From Escherichia coli (GTDB taxonomy: Bacteria > Pseudomonadota > Gammaproteobacteria > Enterobacterales > Enterobacteriaceae), in assembly GCF_003790525.1 (NCBI RefSeq), contig NZ_CP033635.1: DNA of 64,000 nucleotides; one strand, given 5' to 3'. The position numbers and the translations under genes are program-made. The notes under the pieces were generated by a model. It was given only the letters and a program-made list of their open reading frames with translations, was not told the DNA's origin and ran no database searches. This document shows, piece after piece, positions 1 through 10,317 of this stretch; position 1 is the stretch's first letter, and each line of letters starts with the position of its first letter.

Positions 1-583
1 GATAATCAGGAATGTGGTTAGAGAACAACGTCGCCAGTCCTTCAATATCATTACGCCAGTCACGGTGCAGCTCGCAAGCCACGCCGAACCATGTCATCAA
101 TTGCGCACCTGCTTGCGACATGCGATCCCATGCCGAATGCCGGGTAATTTCATTAAAGGTCCCTGAGGCGTCAGTCACGACAAAGACGTCAAACCCTTCT
201 TCAATGGCTGAAAGCGCCGGGAATGCCACGCAAACTTCAGTTACCACACCGGCAATAATTAACTGTTTTTTACCTGTCGCTTTGACTGCTTTTACAAAAT
301 CTTCGTTATCCCAGGCGTTAATATTTCCCGGGCGAGCAATGTAAGGTGCATCGGGGAATTGTGCTTTCAGTTCTGGAACTAATGGACCGTTAGGACCGGT
401 TTCAAAACTGGTGGTAAGAATAGTTGGTAAGTTAAAATACTTAGCCAGGTCACCCAGCGCCAGCACGTTATTTTTAAACTTATCGGGTTCGATATCCCGT
501 ACAAGGGAAAGTAAACCAGCCTGGTGATCAACAAGCAAAACGGCAGCATCATTTTTATCAAGACGAACATACGGTTTGGTCAT
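1..583 (-). CDS. ycaC: Isochorismatase-family hydrolase YcaC, C-terminal end cut by window edge
   Basis: Reverse-strand frame from ATG at 583-581 reads MTKPYVRLDKNDAAVLLVDHQAGLL... without a stop to position 2; the stop lies outside the window. Track ORF 12..344 (+) is its antisense shadow. Confidence 0.9.
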   Translation of the reverse strand, partial: MTKPYVRLDKNDAAVLLVDHQAGLLSLVRDIEPDKFKNNVLALGDLAKYFNLPTILTTSFETGPNGPLVPELKAQFPDAPYIARPGNINAWDNEDFVKAVKATGKKQLIIAGVVTEVCVAFPALSAIEEGFDVFVVTDASGTFNEITRHSAWDRMSQAGAQLMTWFGVACELHRDWRNDIEGLATLFSNHIPDY

Positions 584-897
584 CCTCTTCTCCTTTCGAG
601 AGTCAGTGGTACGTCTGAAATCGGTCAGACGCGATGCATTGCTCTGAAAGCATAGACGGGAAATATGAGTTTGCTGTGACCATGAAATTTTTCGACTGAA
701 CGAAGCGTATGAAATTTGTGTTAGATCAATAAAAACAATCAGATGAGATTAATCGTCTCTCCAGCATTAGCGTTATGAATGAGTAATATAAATCGATAAT
801 ACCTCAGCTGCGATATGCGCGTATTTTCACCCATTGACAATGTTTTTGGCGGTGGCATGATGCGCATGAAATTTGAACTTCCTCACGGTTTTAATTC

Positions 898-2046
898 ATG
901 TCCACGTATACCCGGCCTGTCATGCTTTTGCTGTCTGGCCTGCTTTTGTTGACTCTGGCGATTGCGGTGTTAAATACACTCGTGCCGCTTTGGCTCGCCC
1001 AGGAACACATGTCCACATGGCAGGTAGGCGTTGTCAGCTCATCCTATTTTACCGGCAACCTGGTCGGTACATTGCTGACAGGGTATGTCATTAAGCGCAT
1101 TGGCTTTAACCGCAGCTATTATCTGGCCTCCTTCATTTTTGCCGCTGGCTGTGCCGGCCTTGGCCTGATGATTGGATTCTGGAGCTGGTTGGCTTGGCGT
1201 TTTGTCGCCGGCGTCGGCTGTGCCATGATTTGGGTGGTTGTTGAGAGCGCGCTGATGTGCAGTGGGACGTCACGTAACCGTGGGCGTTTGCTTGCTGCGT
1301 ATATGATGGTTTATTACGTGGGAACGTTTTTAGGCCAGTTACTGGTCAGCAAAGTTTCAACCGAGCTGATGTCCGTATTGCCGTGGGTTACAGGTTTGAC
1401 GTTGGCAGGGATCTTACCGCTGTTGTTTACGCGTGTGCTGAATCAGCAGGCTGAAAACCATGATTCGACGTCAATTACGTCAATGCTAAAACTCCGTCAG
1501 GCGCGGCTTGGCGTGAATGGCTGCATTATCTCAGGAATCGTTCTGGGATCTCTATATGGCCTGATGCCGCTGTACCTCAATCACAAAGGGGTGAGCAATG
1601 CCAGCATTGGTTTCTGGATGGCGGTACTGGTCAGTGCGGGTATCCTTGGACAATGGCCGATTGGACGTCTGGCGGATAAGTTTGGTCGACTGCTGGTGTT
1701 GCGTGTTCAGGTCTTTGTCGTCATTCTCGGCAGTATCGCGATGCTTAGCCAGGCGGCGATGGCCCCAGCGTTATTCATCCTCGGTGCCGCTGGCTTTACG
1801 CTATATCCGGTGGCGATGGCATGGGCTTGCGAGAAAGTTGAACATCATCAACTGGTGGCGATGAACCAGGCCTTACTGTTGAGCTATACCGTGGGAAGTC
1901 TGCTTGGCCCGTCATTTACTGCCATGCTAATGCAGAATTTCTCCGATAATTTATTGTTTATCATGATCGCCAGCGTATCGTTTATCTATTTGCTGATGCT
2001 GCTTCGCAACGCCGGTCATACGCCGAAACCCGTTGCTCACGTGTAA
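898..2046 (+). CDS. ycaD: MFS transporter YcaD
   Basis: Track ORF 898..2046, 382 aa, hydrophobic multi-TM protein recognised as YcaD; followed by an intrinsic terminator. Confidence 0.93.
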   Translation: MSTYTRPVMLLLSGLLLLTLAIAVLNTLVPLWLAQEHMSTWQVGVVSSSYFTGNLVGTLLTGYVIKRIGFNRSYYLASFIFAAGCAGLGLMIGFWSWLAWRFVAGVGCAMIWVVVESALMCSGTSRNRGRLLAAYMMVYYVGTFLGQLLVSKVSTELMSVLPWVTGLTLAGILPLLFTRVLNQQAENHDSTSITSMLKLRQARLGVNGCIISGIVLGSLYGLMPLYLNHKGVSNASIGFWMAVLVSAGILGQWPIGRLADKFGRLLVLRVQVFVVILGSIAMLSQAAMAPALFILGAAGFTLYPVAMAWACEKVEHHQLVAMNQALLLSYTVGSLLGPSFTAMLMQNFSDNLLFIMIASVSFIYLLMLLRNAGHTPKPVAHV

Positions 2047-2057
2047 ATGAATTAACG

Positions 2058-2094
2058 CAGAGTGTGAACTTACTGTTTCACACTCTGTTTTTTT
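2058..2094 (+). terminator. ycaD intrinsic terminator
   Basis: CAGAGTGTGAA-CTTACTG-TTCACACTCTG (11-bp perfect stem) followed by TTTTTTT, 12 bp after the ycaD stop. Confidence 0.75.
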
Positions 2095-2255
2095 GTTTCT
2101 TCTATCTGACTTGCTTTTTTCAAAATTTTATTCGTTTCAAAATAAAATGTGCAGCAGGTTATAATTTTGCATTTCGCTATTTCCGCACTTCTTATTTGCC
2201 GCGCATAATCCCTCGTTTTACAGATGCCCCTTTACTTTTGGCGAAGGATTTGTCT

Positions 2256-3686
2256 ATGGCTGGGAATGTTCAGGAAAAACAGCTGCGATGGTACAACATT
2301 GCGCTGATGTCTTTTATCACTGTCTGGGGTTTTGGCAACGTTGTTAATAACTACGCCAACCAGGGGCTGGTGGTTGTTTTTTCATGGGTGTTTATCTTTG
2401 CGCTCTATTTCACACCTTATGCGCTAATTGTTGGTCAGTTAGGCTCGACCTTCAAAGATGGGAAGGGCGGGGTCAGTACCTGGATTAAACACACGATGGG
2501 ACCCGGACTGGCTTACCTCGCCGCGTGGACCTACTGGGTAGTGCATATTCCCTATCTGGCACAAAAACCCCAGGCAATACTGATTGCGCTCGGTTGGGCG
2601 ATGAAAGGCGACGGTTCGTTAATCAAAGAATATTCAGTCGTAGCGTTACAGGGGTTAACGCTGGTGCTGTTTATCTTCTTTATGTGGGTTGCTTCACGCG
2701 GTATGAAATCGCTGAAAATCGTCGGTTCTGTGGCAGGGATTGCGATGTTTGTTATGTCGCTCCTGTATGTGGCGATGGCGGTAACCGCGCCTGCGATTAC
2801 TGAAGTGCATATTGCGACCACAAACATTACCTGGGAAACGTTCATTCCTCATATCGACTTTACCTACATCACCACTATTTCAATGCTGGTTTTCGCGGTT
2901 GGCGGAGCAGAGAAGATTTCTCCTTACGTTAATCAAACGCGCAACCCAGGAAAAGAATTTCCAAAAGGGATGTTATGCCTGGCGGTGATGGTTGCGGTTT
3001 GTGCCATTCTGGGCTCGCTGGCGATGGGGATGATGTTTGATTCGCGTAATATCCCGGATGACTTAATGACTAACGGTCAGTATTACGCCTTTCAGAAACT
3101 GGGCGAGTATTACAACATGGGTAATACTTTAATGGTGATTTACGCCATTGCGAATACCCTGGGACAAGTAGCTGCGCTGGTATTCTCGATTGATGCGCCG
3201 CTTAAAGTACTATTAGGCGATGCTGATAGCAAATATATTCCAGCCAGTTTATGTCGTACCAACGCTTCTGGTACGCCCGTTAATGGCTATTTTCTGACCC
3301 TGGTGCTGGTGGCGATCCTGATTATGCTGCCGACGCTGGGTATCGGCGATATGAATAATCTCTACAAGTGGTTGCTGAATCTTAACTCGGTGGTGATGCC
3401 ACTACGTTATCTGTGGGTATTTGTTGCATTTATTGCAGTCGTTCGTCTGGCGCAGAAATATAAACCAGAGTATGTCTTTATTCGTAACAGGCCGCTGGCG
3501 ATGACTGTCGGGATCTGGTGTTTTACCTTTACCGCTTTTGCCTGCCTGACAGGGATCTTCCCGAAAATGGAAGCCTTCACTGCAGAGTGGACCTTCCAGT
3601 TAGCGCTGAATGTTGCAACGCCGTTTGTCCTGGTTGGACTGGGGCTGATATTCCCGCTGCTGGCGCGTAAAGCGAATAGTAAATAA
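2256..3686 (+). CDS. ycaM: APC-family amino acid transporter YcaM
   Basis: Track ORF 2064..3686; start placed at internal ATG 2256 (MAGNVQEKQLRWYNIALMSF...) giving 476 aa; the upstream extension is low-complexity leader. Confidence 0.88.
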   Translation: MAGNVQEKQLRWYNIALMSFITVWGFGNVVNNYANQGLVVVFSWVFIFALYFTPYALIVGQLGSTFKDGKGGVSTWIKHTMGPGLAYLAAWTYWVVHIPYLAQKPQAILIALGWAMKGDGSLIKEYSVVALQGLTLVLFIFFMWVASRGMKSLKIVGSVAGIAMFVMSLLYVAMAVTAPAITEVHIATTNITWETFIPHIDFTYITTISMLVFAVGGAEKISPYVNQTRNPGKEFPKGMLCLAVMVAVCAILGSLAMGMMFDSRNIPDDLMTNGQYYAFQKLGEYYNMGNTLMVIYAIANTLGQVAALVFSIDAPLKVLLGDADSKYIPASLCRTNASGTPVNGYFLTLVLVAILIMLPTLGIGDMNNLYKWLLNLNSVVMPLRYLWVFVAFIAVVRLAQKYKPEYVFIRNRPLAMTVGIWCFTFTAFACLTGIFPKMEAFTAEWTFQLALNVATPFVLVGLGLIFPLLARKANSK

Positions 3687-3853
3687 TTATTGTGGTCGGT
3701 GACGCTGACTCTGGCAGATCTGACCCGTTTTTACATAATCGAGAAATGCGCGCAAGCCGCAGGACATATACTGGCGGTTTGGGTAATACATTTGGAAGCT
3801 GTGCTGTAAGGGCGCTAGAAATAGAGCCCTGAATTATTTATGCAGCACGGAAT

Positions 3854-3886
3854 AAAAAAGCGGCAACTCAATAAAGTTGCCGCTTT
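3854..3886. terminator. Bidirectional terminator between convergent ycaM and pflA
   Basis: GCGGCAACT-CAATAA-AGTTGCCGC flanked by AAAAAA and TTT; gives hairpin plus U6 on the pflA strand. Confidence 0.65.
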
Positions 3887-3895
3887 ACGGGGAAA

Positions 3896-4636
3896 TTAGA
3901 ACATTACCTTATGACCGTACTGCTCAAGAATGCTTTTCACGCGTTCCATGGTCTCTTTCTTCGGTGGTTTAACACCATCAAGTTTGTATTCTTCACCCAT
4001 CGCCACCCATTTGTGTTTGCCCAGCTCGTGGTAGGGGAGAAGCTCGATTTTCTCAACGTTGCCCATATCACGGGTAAATTCACCGAGGCGATGCGCTGAA
4101 TCGTCATCGTCAGACCAGCCAGGGACAACAACGTAGCGGATCCACACCTTAACATCTTTGTTCGCCAGATATTTAGCGAACTCCAGTGTACGGTGGTTAG
4201 ATACGCCAACCAGATTCTGGTGAATTTCGTCGTTCATCTGTTTGAGATCGAGCATTACCAGGTCGGTTACTTCCAGCAGTTCATCAATCACCGGATCGTA
4301 ACGACGAACAAAACCGTTGGTATCCAGACAGGTATGAATGCCTTCTTTTTTGCAGGCGCGGAACCAGTCACGAACAAACTCAGCTTGCAGGATTGCTTCA
4401 CCGCCGGATGCGGTAACGCCGCCGCCGGAAGCGTTCATAAAGTGGCGATAGGTCACCACTTCCTTCATCAAATCTTCAACGGTAACTTCTTTACCGCCAT
4501 GCGTGTCCCAGGTGTCGCGGTTATGACAATACAGGCAGCGCATCAGGCAGCCCTGGAAAAAGGTGATAAAGCGAATACCCGGGCCGTCTACGGTTCCACA
4601 GGATTCAAAGGAGTGAATGCGACCAATAACTGACAT
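3896..4636 (-). CDS. pflA: Pyruvate formate-lyase activating enzyme (radical SAM)
   Basis: Track ORF 3896..4663; start trimmed to [20 protein letters not shown] (246 aa); radical-SAM CxxxCxxC motif [10 protein letters not shown]. Confidence 0.95.
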   Translation of the reverse strand: MSVIGRIHSFESCGTVDGPGIRFITFFQGCLMRCLYCHNRDTWDTHGGKEVTVEDLMKEVVTYRHFMNASGGGVTASGGEAILQAEFVRDWFRACKKEGIHTCLDTNGFVRRYDPVIDELLEVTDLVMLDLKQMNDEIHQNLVGVSNHRTLEFAKYLANKDVKVWIRYVVVPGWSDDDDSAHRLGEFTRDMGNVEKIELLPYHELGKHKWVAMGEEYKLDGVKPPKKETMERVKSILEQYGHKVMF

Positions 4637-4761
4637 TGCGGTGTTTCTCCAGATGTGGCCCATCTGAGGCCGTGTTGGTGCGCAGCTCGAAGGCTACGTC
4701 GAGTCTGTTTTGGCAGTCACCTTAAAGTATAGATAGCTGACAAAAAAGGCTCTCGTGCTAA

Positions 4762-4790
4762 AAAAGGCCCCACTTTCGTGGAGCCTTTAT
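4762..4790 (-). terminator. pflB intrinsic terminator
   Basis: On the reverse strand GGCUCCAC-GAAA-GUGGGGCC followed by UUUUU, about 40 bp after the pflB stop. Confidence 0.6.
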
Positions 4791-4827
4791 TGTACGCTTT
4801 TTACTGTACGATTTCAGTCAAATCTAA

Positions 4828-7110
4828 TTACATAGATTGAGTGAAGGTACGAGTAATAACGTCCTGCTGCTGTTCTTTAGTCAGCGAGTTGAAACGTACT
4901 GCGTAGCCAGATACACGGATGGTCAGCTGCGGATATTTTTCCGGGTTTTCCATCGCGTCGAGCAGCATTTCACGGTTCATCACGTTAACGTTCAGGTGCT
5001 GACCACCTTCGATGGACGCTTCGTGGTGGAAGTAACCATCCATCAGACCAGCCAGGTTGGTCTTACGAACTTCGTCGTCTTTACCCAGTGCGTTCGGAAC
5101 GATAGAGAAGGTGTAGGAGATACCATCTTTAGCGTAAGCAAACGGCAGTTTAGCAACGGAAGTCAGAGAGGCTACTGCACCTTTCTGGTCACGACCGTGC
5201 ATCGGGTTAGCACCCGGCCCGAACGGCGCGCCAGCACGACGACCGTCTGGGGTGTTACCAGTTTTCTTACCATACACAACGTTAGAAGTGATGGTCAGAA
5301 CAGACTGAGTCGGGATAGCGTCACGGTAGGTGTGCAGTTTCTGAATTTTCTTCATGAAACGTTCTACCAGGTCAACAGCCAGGTCATCTACACGCGGATC
5401 GTTGTTACCAAACTGCGGGTATTCGCCTTCGATTTCGAAGTCGATAGCCAGACCGTCTTCGTCACGAATCGGTTTAACTTTCGCATATTTGATTGCAGAC
5501 AGGGAGTCAGCAGCAACGGACAGACCAGCGATACCACACGCCATGGTGCGGATAACGTCACGGTCGTGCAGCGCCATCAGAGAGGCTTCGTAGCTGTACT
5601 TGTCGTGCATGTAGTGGATGATGTTCAGTGCAGTGATGTACTGTTTAGCCAGCCAGTCCATGAAGTGATCCATGCGCTCCATCACTTCATCGTAGTTCAG
5701 GAGATCGCCTTTGATCGGTTCAGACTTCGGACCAACCTGCATTTTCAGTTTTTCGTCAACGCCGCCGTTGATTGCGTACAGCATGGTTTTCGCCAGGTTT
5801 GCACGCGCACCGAAGAACTGCATTTGTTTACCAACGATCATCGGGCTTACGCAGCAAGCGATAGCGTAGTCATCGTTGTTGAAGTCCGGACGCATCAGGT
5901 CATCGTTCTCATACTGCAGAGAAGAGGTGTCGATGGACACTTTAGCAGCGAATTTCTTGAAGTTCAGCGGCAGTTTTTCGGACCACAGAATGGTCATGTT
6001 CGGTTCCGGAGACGGACCCATGGTGTACAGGGTGTTCAGGAAACGGAAGCTGTTTTTGGTAACCAGGGTACGACCGTCGAGGCCCATACCACCGATAGAT
6101 TCGGTTGCCCAGATTGGGTCGCCAGAGAACAGTTCATCGTATTCCGGAGTACGCAGGAAGCGAACCATACGCAGTTTCATGACCAGGTGGTCAACCATTT
6201 CCTGCGCTTCTTGTTCGGTGATCTTGCCAGCTTTCAGGTCACGTTCGATGTACACATCCAGGAAGGTGGAGGTACGACCGAAGGACATTGCAGCACCGTT
6301 CTGAGACTTAACAGCAGCCAGGTAGCCGAAGTAAGTCCACTGGATAGCTTCCTGAGCGTTGGTAGCCGGACCAGAGATGTCGTAGCCGTATTTCGCAGCC
6401 ATTTCTTTCATCTGACCCAGAGCGCGGTGCTGTTCAGCGATTTCTTCGCGCAGACGGATAGTCTGTTCCAGGTTTACGCCGTTTTCCAGATCAGCCTGCA
6501 GAGAGGTGAACTGAGCGTATTTGTCTTTCATCAGGTAGTCGATACCGTACAGCGCAACGCGACGGTAGTCACCGATGATACGACCACGGCCATAAGCATC
6601 TGGCAGACCGGTCAGAACACCGGATTTACGGCAACGCAGGATGTCCGGAGTGTAAACGTCGAACACGCCCTGGTTGTGAGTTTTACGGTATTCAGTGAAG
6701 ATTTTTTTGATCATCGGGTCCAGTTCGCGGTTGTACGCTTTGCAGGAACCTTCGATCATTTTGATACCACCGAACGGGATAAGAGCACGTTTCAGCGGAG
6801 CTTCAGTCTGCAGACCAACAACTTTTTCCAACGCTTTGTTGATGTAGCCAGCGTCGTGAGAGGTGATGGTGGAAGCAACAGCGGTGTCAAAGTCAACTGG
6901 CGCGTGAGTGCGGTTTTCCAGTTTAACGCCTTCCATTACTTTGTCCCACAGGGTGGTGGTCGCTTCAGTAGCGCCAGCCAGGAAGGACTCGTCACCCTCG
7001 TACGGAGTGTAGTTTTTCTGAATGAAGTCACGGACGTTTACTTCATTCTGCCAGTCACCTTTGGTAAAACCTTCCCAGGCTGTGGCTAACTTTTCATTAA
7101 GCTCGGACAT
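4828..7110 (-). CDS. pflB: Pyruvate formate-lyase (glycyl radical enzyme)
   Basis: 760-aa [18 protein letters not shown]...; glycyl-radical motif RVSGYAV near the C-terminus; strong codon bias leaves a 750-aa antisense open frame. Confidence 0.97.
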   Translation of the reverse strand: MSELNEKLATAWEGFTKGDWQNEVNVRDFIQKNYTPYEGDESFLAGATEATTTLWDKVMEGVKLENRTHAPVDFDTAVASTITSHDAGYINKALEKVVGLQTEAPLKRALIPFGGIKMIEGSCKAYNRELDPMIKKIFTEYRKTHNQGVFDVYTPDILRCRKSGVLTGLPDAYGRGRIIGDYRRVALYGIDYLMKDKYAQFTSLQADLENGVNLEQTIRLREEIAEQHRALGQMKEMAAKYGYDISGPATNAQEAIQWTYFGYLAAVKSQNGAAMSFGRTSTFLDVYIERDLKAGKITEQEAQEMVDHLVMKLRMVRFLRTPEYDELFSGDPIWATESIGGMGLDGRTLVTKNSFRFLNTLYTMGPSPEPNMTILWSEKLPLNFKKFAAKVSIDTSSLQYENDDLMRPDFNNDDYAIACCVSPMIVGKQMQFFGARANLAKTMLYAINGGVDEKLKMQVGPKSEPIKGDLLNYDEVMERMDHFMDWLAKQYITALNIIHYMHDKYSYEASLMALHDRDVIRTMACGIAGLSVAADSLSAIKYAKVKPIRDEDGLAIDFEIEGEYPQFGNNDPRVDDLAVDLVERFMKKIQKLHTYRDAIPTQSVLTITSNVVYGKKTGNTPDGRRAGAPFGPGANPMHGRDQKGAVASLTSVAKLPFAYAKDGISYTFSIVPNALGKDDEVRKTNLAGLMDGYFHHEASIEGGQHLNVNVMNREMLLDAMENPEKYPQLTIRVSGYAVRFNSLTKEQQQDVITRTFTQSM

Positions 7111-7164
7111 GTAACACCTACCTTCTTAAGTGGATTTTTTATTTACTGCGTACTTCGACAACCA

Positions 7165-8022
7165 TTAATGGTGATCGTTTTCACGCAGGTAAATGACCCA
7201 GTATGTCAACCCAACCAACAAACCACCGCCGATAATATTACCGATCGTAACCGGAATCAGGTTATCAGTGATGAAGTTCATCACGGTCAGGTGAGAAAAA
7301 TTTTCCGGTGCAGAACCGACAGCGGTCCAGAATTCCGGAGATGCGAAGTCGCGGATTACAATACCCATCGGGATCATAAACATGTTTGCGATACTGTGCT
7401 CAAAACCGCTGGCAACAAACATCGCGACCGGCAGCACCATAATGAACGCTTTATCCATCAGGCTGCGGCCAGAATAACTCATCCATACTGCCAGACATAC
7501 CATCAGGTTTGCCAGGATACCAAGGCAGACGGCCTCAATAAAAGTATGGTGCACTTTGTGGTCGGCGGTTTGTAGGACGTTTAGTCCCCATTGACCATTC
7601 GCGGTCATATACTCGCCGGAAAGCCACATTAAAAGTACAAACAGCAGTGCGCCGACCAGGTTGCCAAAATAGACATTTAGCCAGTTTTTCGCCAACTGAC
7701 CCCAGGTGATGCGCCCACTCGCCTTAGCAACAACAATCAACACTGTGGAAGTAAAGAGATCGGCTCCGCAGACAACACAAAGAATCAGCCCCAGAGAGAA
7801 GCAAATGCCGCCAACCAGTTTTGCCATGCCGAAGGGCATTGTTCCTGTGCCAGTGGTTGCTGTGATATAGAAGACGAATGCGATTGAGATGAAAACACCG
7901 GCGGTAATCGCCAGATAGAAAGTCTTAAGCGGATGTTTCGTTGCTTTATAGACACCTGCCTCTTCGGCCACTTTGGCCATTGCTGCAGGAAGTAAAAGAT
8001 CAAAAGGGTTGTCAGCTTTCAC
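7165..8022 (-). CDS. focA: Formate channel FocA (FNT family), GTG start
   Basis: Track ORF 7165..8361 stays open upstream; the recognised FocA N-terminus (V)KADNPFDLLLPAAMAKV begins at a GTG (revcomp of 8020-8022); 285 aa. Confidence 0.88.
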   Translation of the reverse strand: MKADNPFDLLLPAAMAKVAEEAGVYKATKHPLKTFYLAITAGVFISIAFVFYITATTGTGTMPFGMAKLVGGICFSLGLILCVVCGADLFTSTVLIVVAKASGRITWGQLAKNWLNVYFGNLVGALLFVLLMWLSGEYMTANGQWGLNVLQTADHKVHHTFIEAVCLGILANLMVCLAVWMSYSGRSLMDKAFIMVLPVAMFVASGFEHSIANMFMIPMGIVIRDFASPEFWTAVGSAPENFSHLTVMNFITDNLIPVTIGNIIGGGLLVGLTYWVIYLRENDHH

Positions 8023-8392
8023 ACTAACTCTCTCTTTATTAAGTCGGCGACGAGATACTAACAAAGCATTATAGATGAGAAATTGATATAGATCATATCT
8101 CGCCTGGCTTATAGGCCCGTAACTCGCATGGTTTTTATGCAAATACGGAGTAAATATTTGATTATCCAAATAAAAATAAATTTTAAAAATTAACAAATGA
8201 GTTGAATTTTTTCCGCATCCTCCGCTAAAACAGTTAATTAAAAGGGAGCACCAGGCGAATAAAGTAACAATATCGATCGTATTTATTAAATACAAATTAC
8301 CGATACTTAACTTTATAATTACAATTATTTTATTAATGCAAATATATGTAAAGCGGGGCATTAAAAAAACGCCCCGTAATATAACTCAGATG
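8023..8392 (-). promoter_or_regulatory. AT-rich multi-promoter control region upstream of focA-pflB
   Basis: 370-bp very AT-rich non-coding tract between focA and ycaO; position corresponds to the known FNR/ArcA/IHF-controlled pfl promoter region. Individual sites other than the FNR box were not resolved. Confidence 0.5.
8083..8096 (-). promoter_or_regulatory. FNR-box-like palindrome in the pfl/focA promoter region
   Basis: TTGATATAGATCAT matches the FNR consensus TTGAT-N4-ATCAA at 9 of 10 positions, about 60-75 bp upstream of the focA GTG; the pfl operon is a classical FNR target. Confidence 0.55.
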
Positions 8393-8427
8393 AATCAAAT
8401 AGCCTACATTGCGTAGGCTATTTGATT
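8393..8427. repeat. 15-bp perfect inverted repeat abutting the ycaO stop codon (putative terminator)
   Basis: AATCAAATAGCCTAC-ATTGC-GTAGGCTATTTGATT; perfect 15-bp arms with a 5-nt loop, immediately 3-prime of ycaO on the reverse strand. Confidence 0.5.
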
Positions 8428-10188
8428 TTATTTTGCCCAGAATGCCGCTTTGGCGCGCTGCAGCTTTTCGTAGGCTTTCAGCAACGATTGATGTGCAGCA
8501 AACGCGTGCAGATCGCTATCTACTGGTTGCAAGCCATAAAACGCCGCTTCGCCGCTCATTGCCGCACTGGCGGCTTCCACGGCGTCTGCGCCATACATAC
8601 GAACGAAGGCATTCAGATATTGCAGCGGTTGGCGGTCTTCTTCCTGTGCCAGTAATAACAACGTTTGCAGACAGCGATAATAGTTGGCGCGTTCCGGACT
8701 GAACACTGATGAGTTAAATTCCATCGTCCATTCAGTCCAGACCAGAGCCTGTTCCAGATCGCCACCAGCCAGCGCCAGCATGGCTTTTAATTCACCGATA
8801 CGCAGGGTGTACCAACCGTTATCCGGTCCGGTCGCCAGACCCAGTAGTTCACGTACGCGAGTAAAGTCATCAAAACCTTCTTCATCCAGTTGCTCGATGA
8901 GGTTCAGGTAATCTTCTTTTTCCCACACACTGCCTGGTAGCGAGAGAATGGTTTCACGTAAATGGCTACCCATACTGTTATTCGCTAACCACAGATCTTC
9001 AGCCGGATAAATATCGGACATGCCAGGCACGATAATACGGCAAGCATAAACGCCCAGATGCTCGTAATCGGCAATATAAACTTCTTTATCTTCTTTGTTG
9101 AAGATAGCCATCAGCGTAGCAAACTCTTCTTCCGTAGTGCCGGAGAAATTCCAGTCCACAAACGGATAATCGGCATCCTGCTTGAACAGGTCCCAGGAGA
9201 TTAAACCGCTGGAATCGATAAAGTGCGTTTCGAGGTTGGTATGTTCAGCAACTTCTTCATCATCGAAGGTTGGCGGAGTAAACACATCCAAATCTTTCAG
9301 GCCACGACCTTGCAGCAGCTCGGTCACGGTACGTTCCAGTGCTACGCCAAAATCAGGATGCGCACCGAAAGAGGCAAAGCAGGTGCCGTTAGCAGGATTA
9401 AACAGAACCACGCAAATCACCGGATACTGGCCGCCAAGCGAACCATCATAAGCAAAGATTGGGAAACCTTCTGCTTCCAGTGTTTCGATCGCTTCAACCA
9501 CCGCTGGGTAACGCGCCAGCACGTCTGCCGGGATTTCCGGCAAGCTGATGCTTTCAGCAATAATGCGGTTTTTCACGTAGCGTTCGAAAACTTCGGACAA
9601 TCCCTGAACGCGTGCTTCGTTACGGGTATTGCCAGCAGACATACCGTTAGAAACGTACAAGTTACCAATGATATTCATCGGAATATAAATGGTCTGGTTG
9701 TCGGACTGGCGCGTAAACGGTAGACCACAAATACCACGATCTTCGTTACCGGATTGCAGGTCAATCAGCATACTACCGGTCAGTTCATTCTCCGGATCGT
9801 AAAATGCGCGCAGACGGTCATCGAGCAGCCCTTCTGGTACATCGTCATTTTCGGTCAGTGGGAACCATTTTTCGTTGGGATAATGCACGAATGGGCCGTT
9901 GGCGATGGTTTCGCCCAGCCAGAAGTCCGCAAAAAAGTAGTTGGTTGAGAGACGCTCGAAATATTCACCGAGTGCAGAAGCCAGCGCCGCTTTTTTGGTT
10001 GCGCCTTTACCGTTGGTAAAACACAGTGCGCACTCTTTGTCGCGAATATGTACAGACCAGACGTTAGGCACGGGATTCAGCCAGGAGGCCTCTTCAATCT
10101 GAAAGCCGAGGTCTGAAAGTTTTTGCTGGAAGCGAGCGATGGAATCTTCCAGTGCGGCATCTTTGCCGGGGATAAATGTTTGCGTCAT
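8428..10188 (-). CDS. ycaO: YcaO-domain protein (with RimO, ribosomal protein S12 beta-methylthiolation)
   Basis: Track ORF 8428..10221; start trimmed to MTQTFIPGKDAALEDSIARF (586 aa), recognised as E. coli YcaO. Confidence 0.92.
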   Translation of the reverse strand: MTQTFIPGKDAALEDSIARFQQKLSDLGFQIEEASWLNPVPNVWSVHIRDKECALCFTNGKGATKKAALASALGEYFERLSTNYFFADFWLGETIANGPFVHYPNEKWFPLTENDDVPEGLLDDRLRAFYDPENELTGSMLIDLQSGNEDRGICGLPFTRQSDNQTIYIPMNIIGNLYVSNGMSAGNTRNEARVQGLSEVFERYVKNRIIAESISLPEIPADVLARYPAVVEAIETLEAEGFPIFAYDGSLGGQYPVICVVLFNPANGTCFASFGAHPDFGVALERTVTELLQGRGLKDLDVFTPPTFDDEEVAEHTNLETHFIDSSGLISWDLFKQDADYPFVDWNFSGTTEEEFATLMAIFNKEDKEVYIADYEHLGVYACRIIVPGMSDIYPAEDLWLANNSMGSHLRETILSLPGSVWEKEDYLNLIEQLDEEGFDDFTRVRELLGLATGPDNGWYTLRIGELKAMLALAGGDLEQALVWTEWTMEFNSSVFSPERANYYRCLQTLLLLAQEEDRQPLQYLNAFVRMYGADAVEAASAAMSGEAAFYGLQPVDSDLHAFAAHQSLLKAYEKLQRAKAAFWAK

Positions 10189-10317
10189 GAAAATCACTTT
10201 AGTCGTACGGAAAGCGCGCAATAATACGGGTTTTATCTCAAAGGCGCTATCACCGCCGCCATGCCGATGAACTGTTGACTATGCTTTTAGTGGATAAACC
10301 ACGATAAGAGCATAAAA

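Noticed and set aside
12-344. 110-aa + strand ORF at the window start
   Set aside because: Lies antisense to ycaC, whose reverse-strand frame is continuous from ATG 583 to the window edge and matches a known protein.
2064-2255. N-terminal extension of ycaM (and analogous upstream extensions of focA 8023..8361, elfA 52567..52671, ycaO, asnS, pncB, pyrD, zapC)
   Set aside because: Extensions are low-complexity or run through regulatory DNA and terminators; internal starts reproduce the expected protein lengths and N-termini.
4837-7089. 750-aa open reading frame on the + strand covering almost all of pflB
   Set aside because: Antisense shadow of a highly expressed, codon-biased gene; the translation is low-complexity (V/F/T/R-rich) with no recognisable domain, and the opposite strand encodes bona fide PflB.
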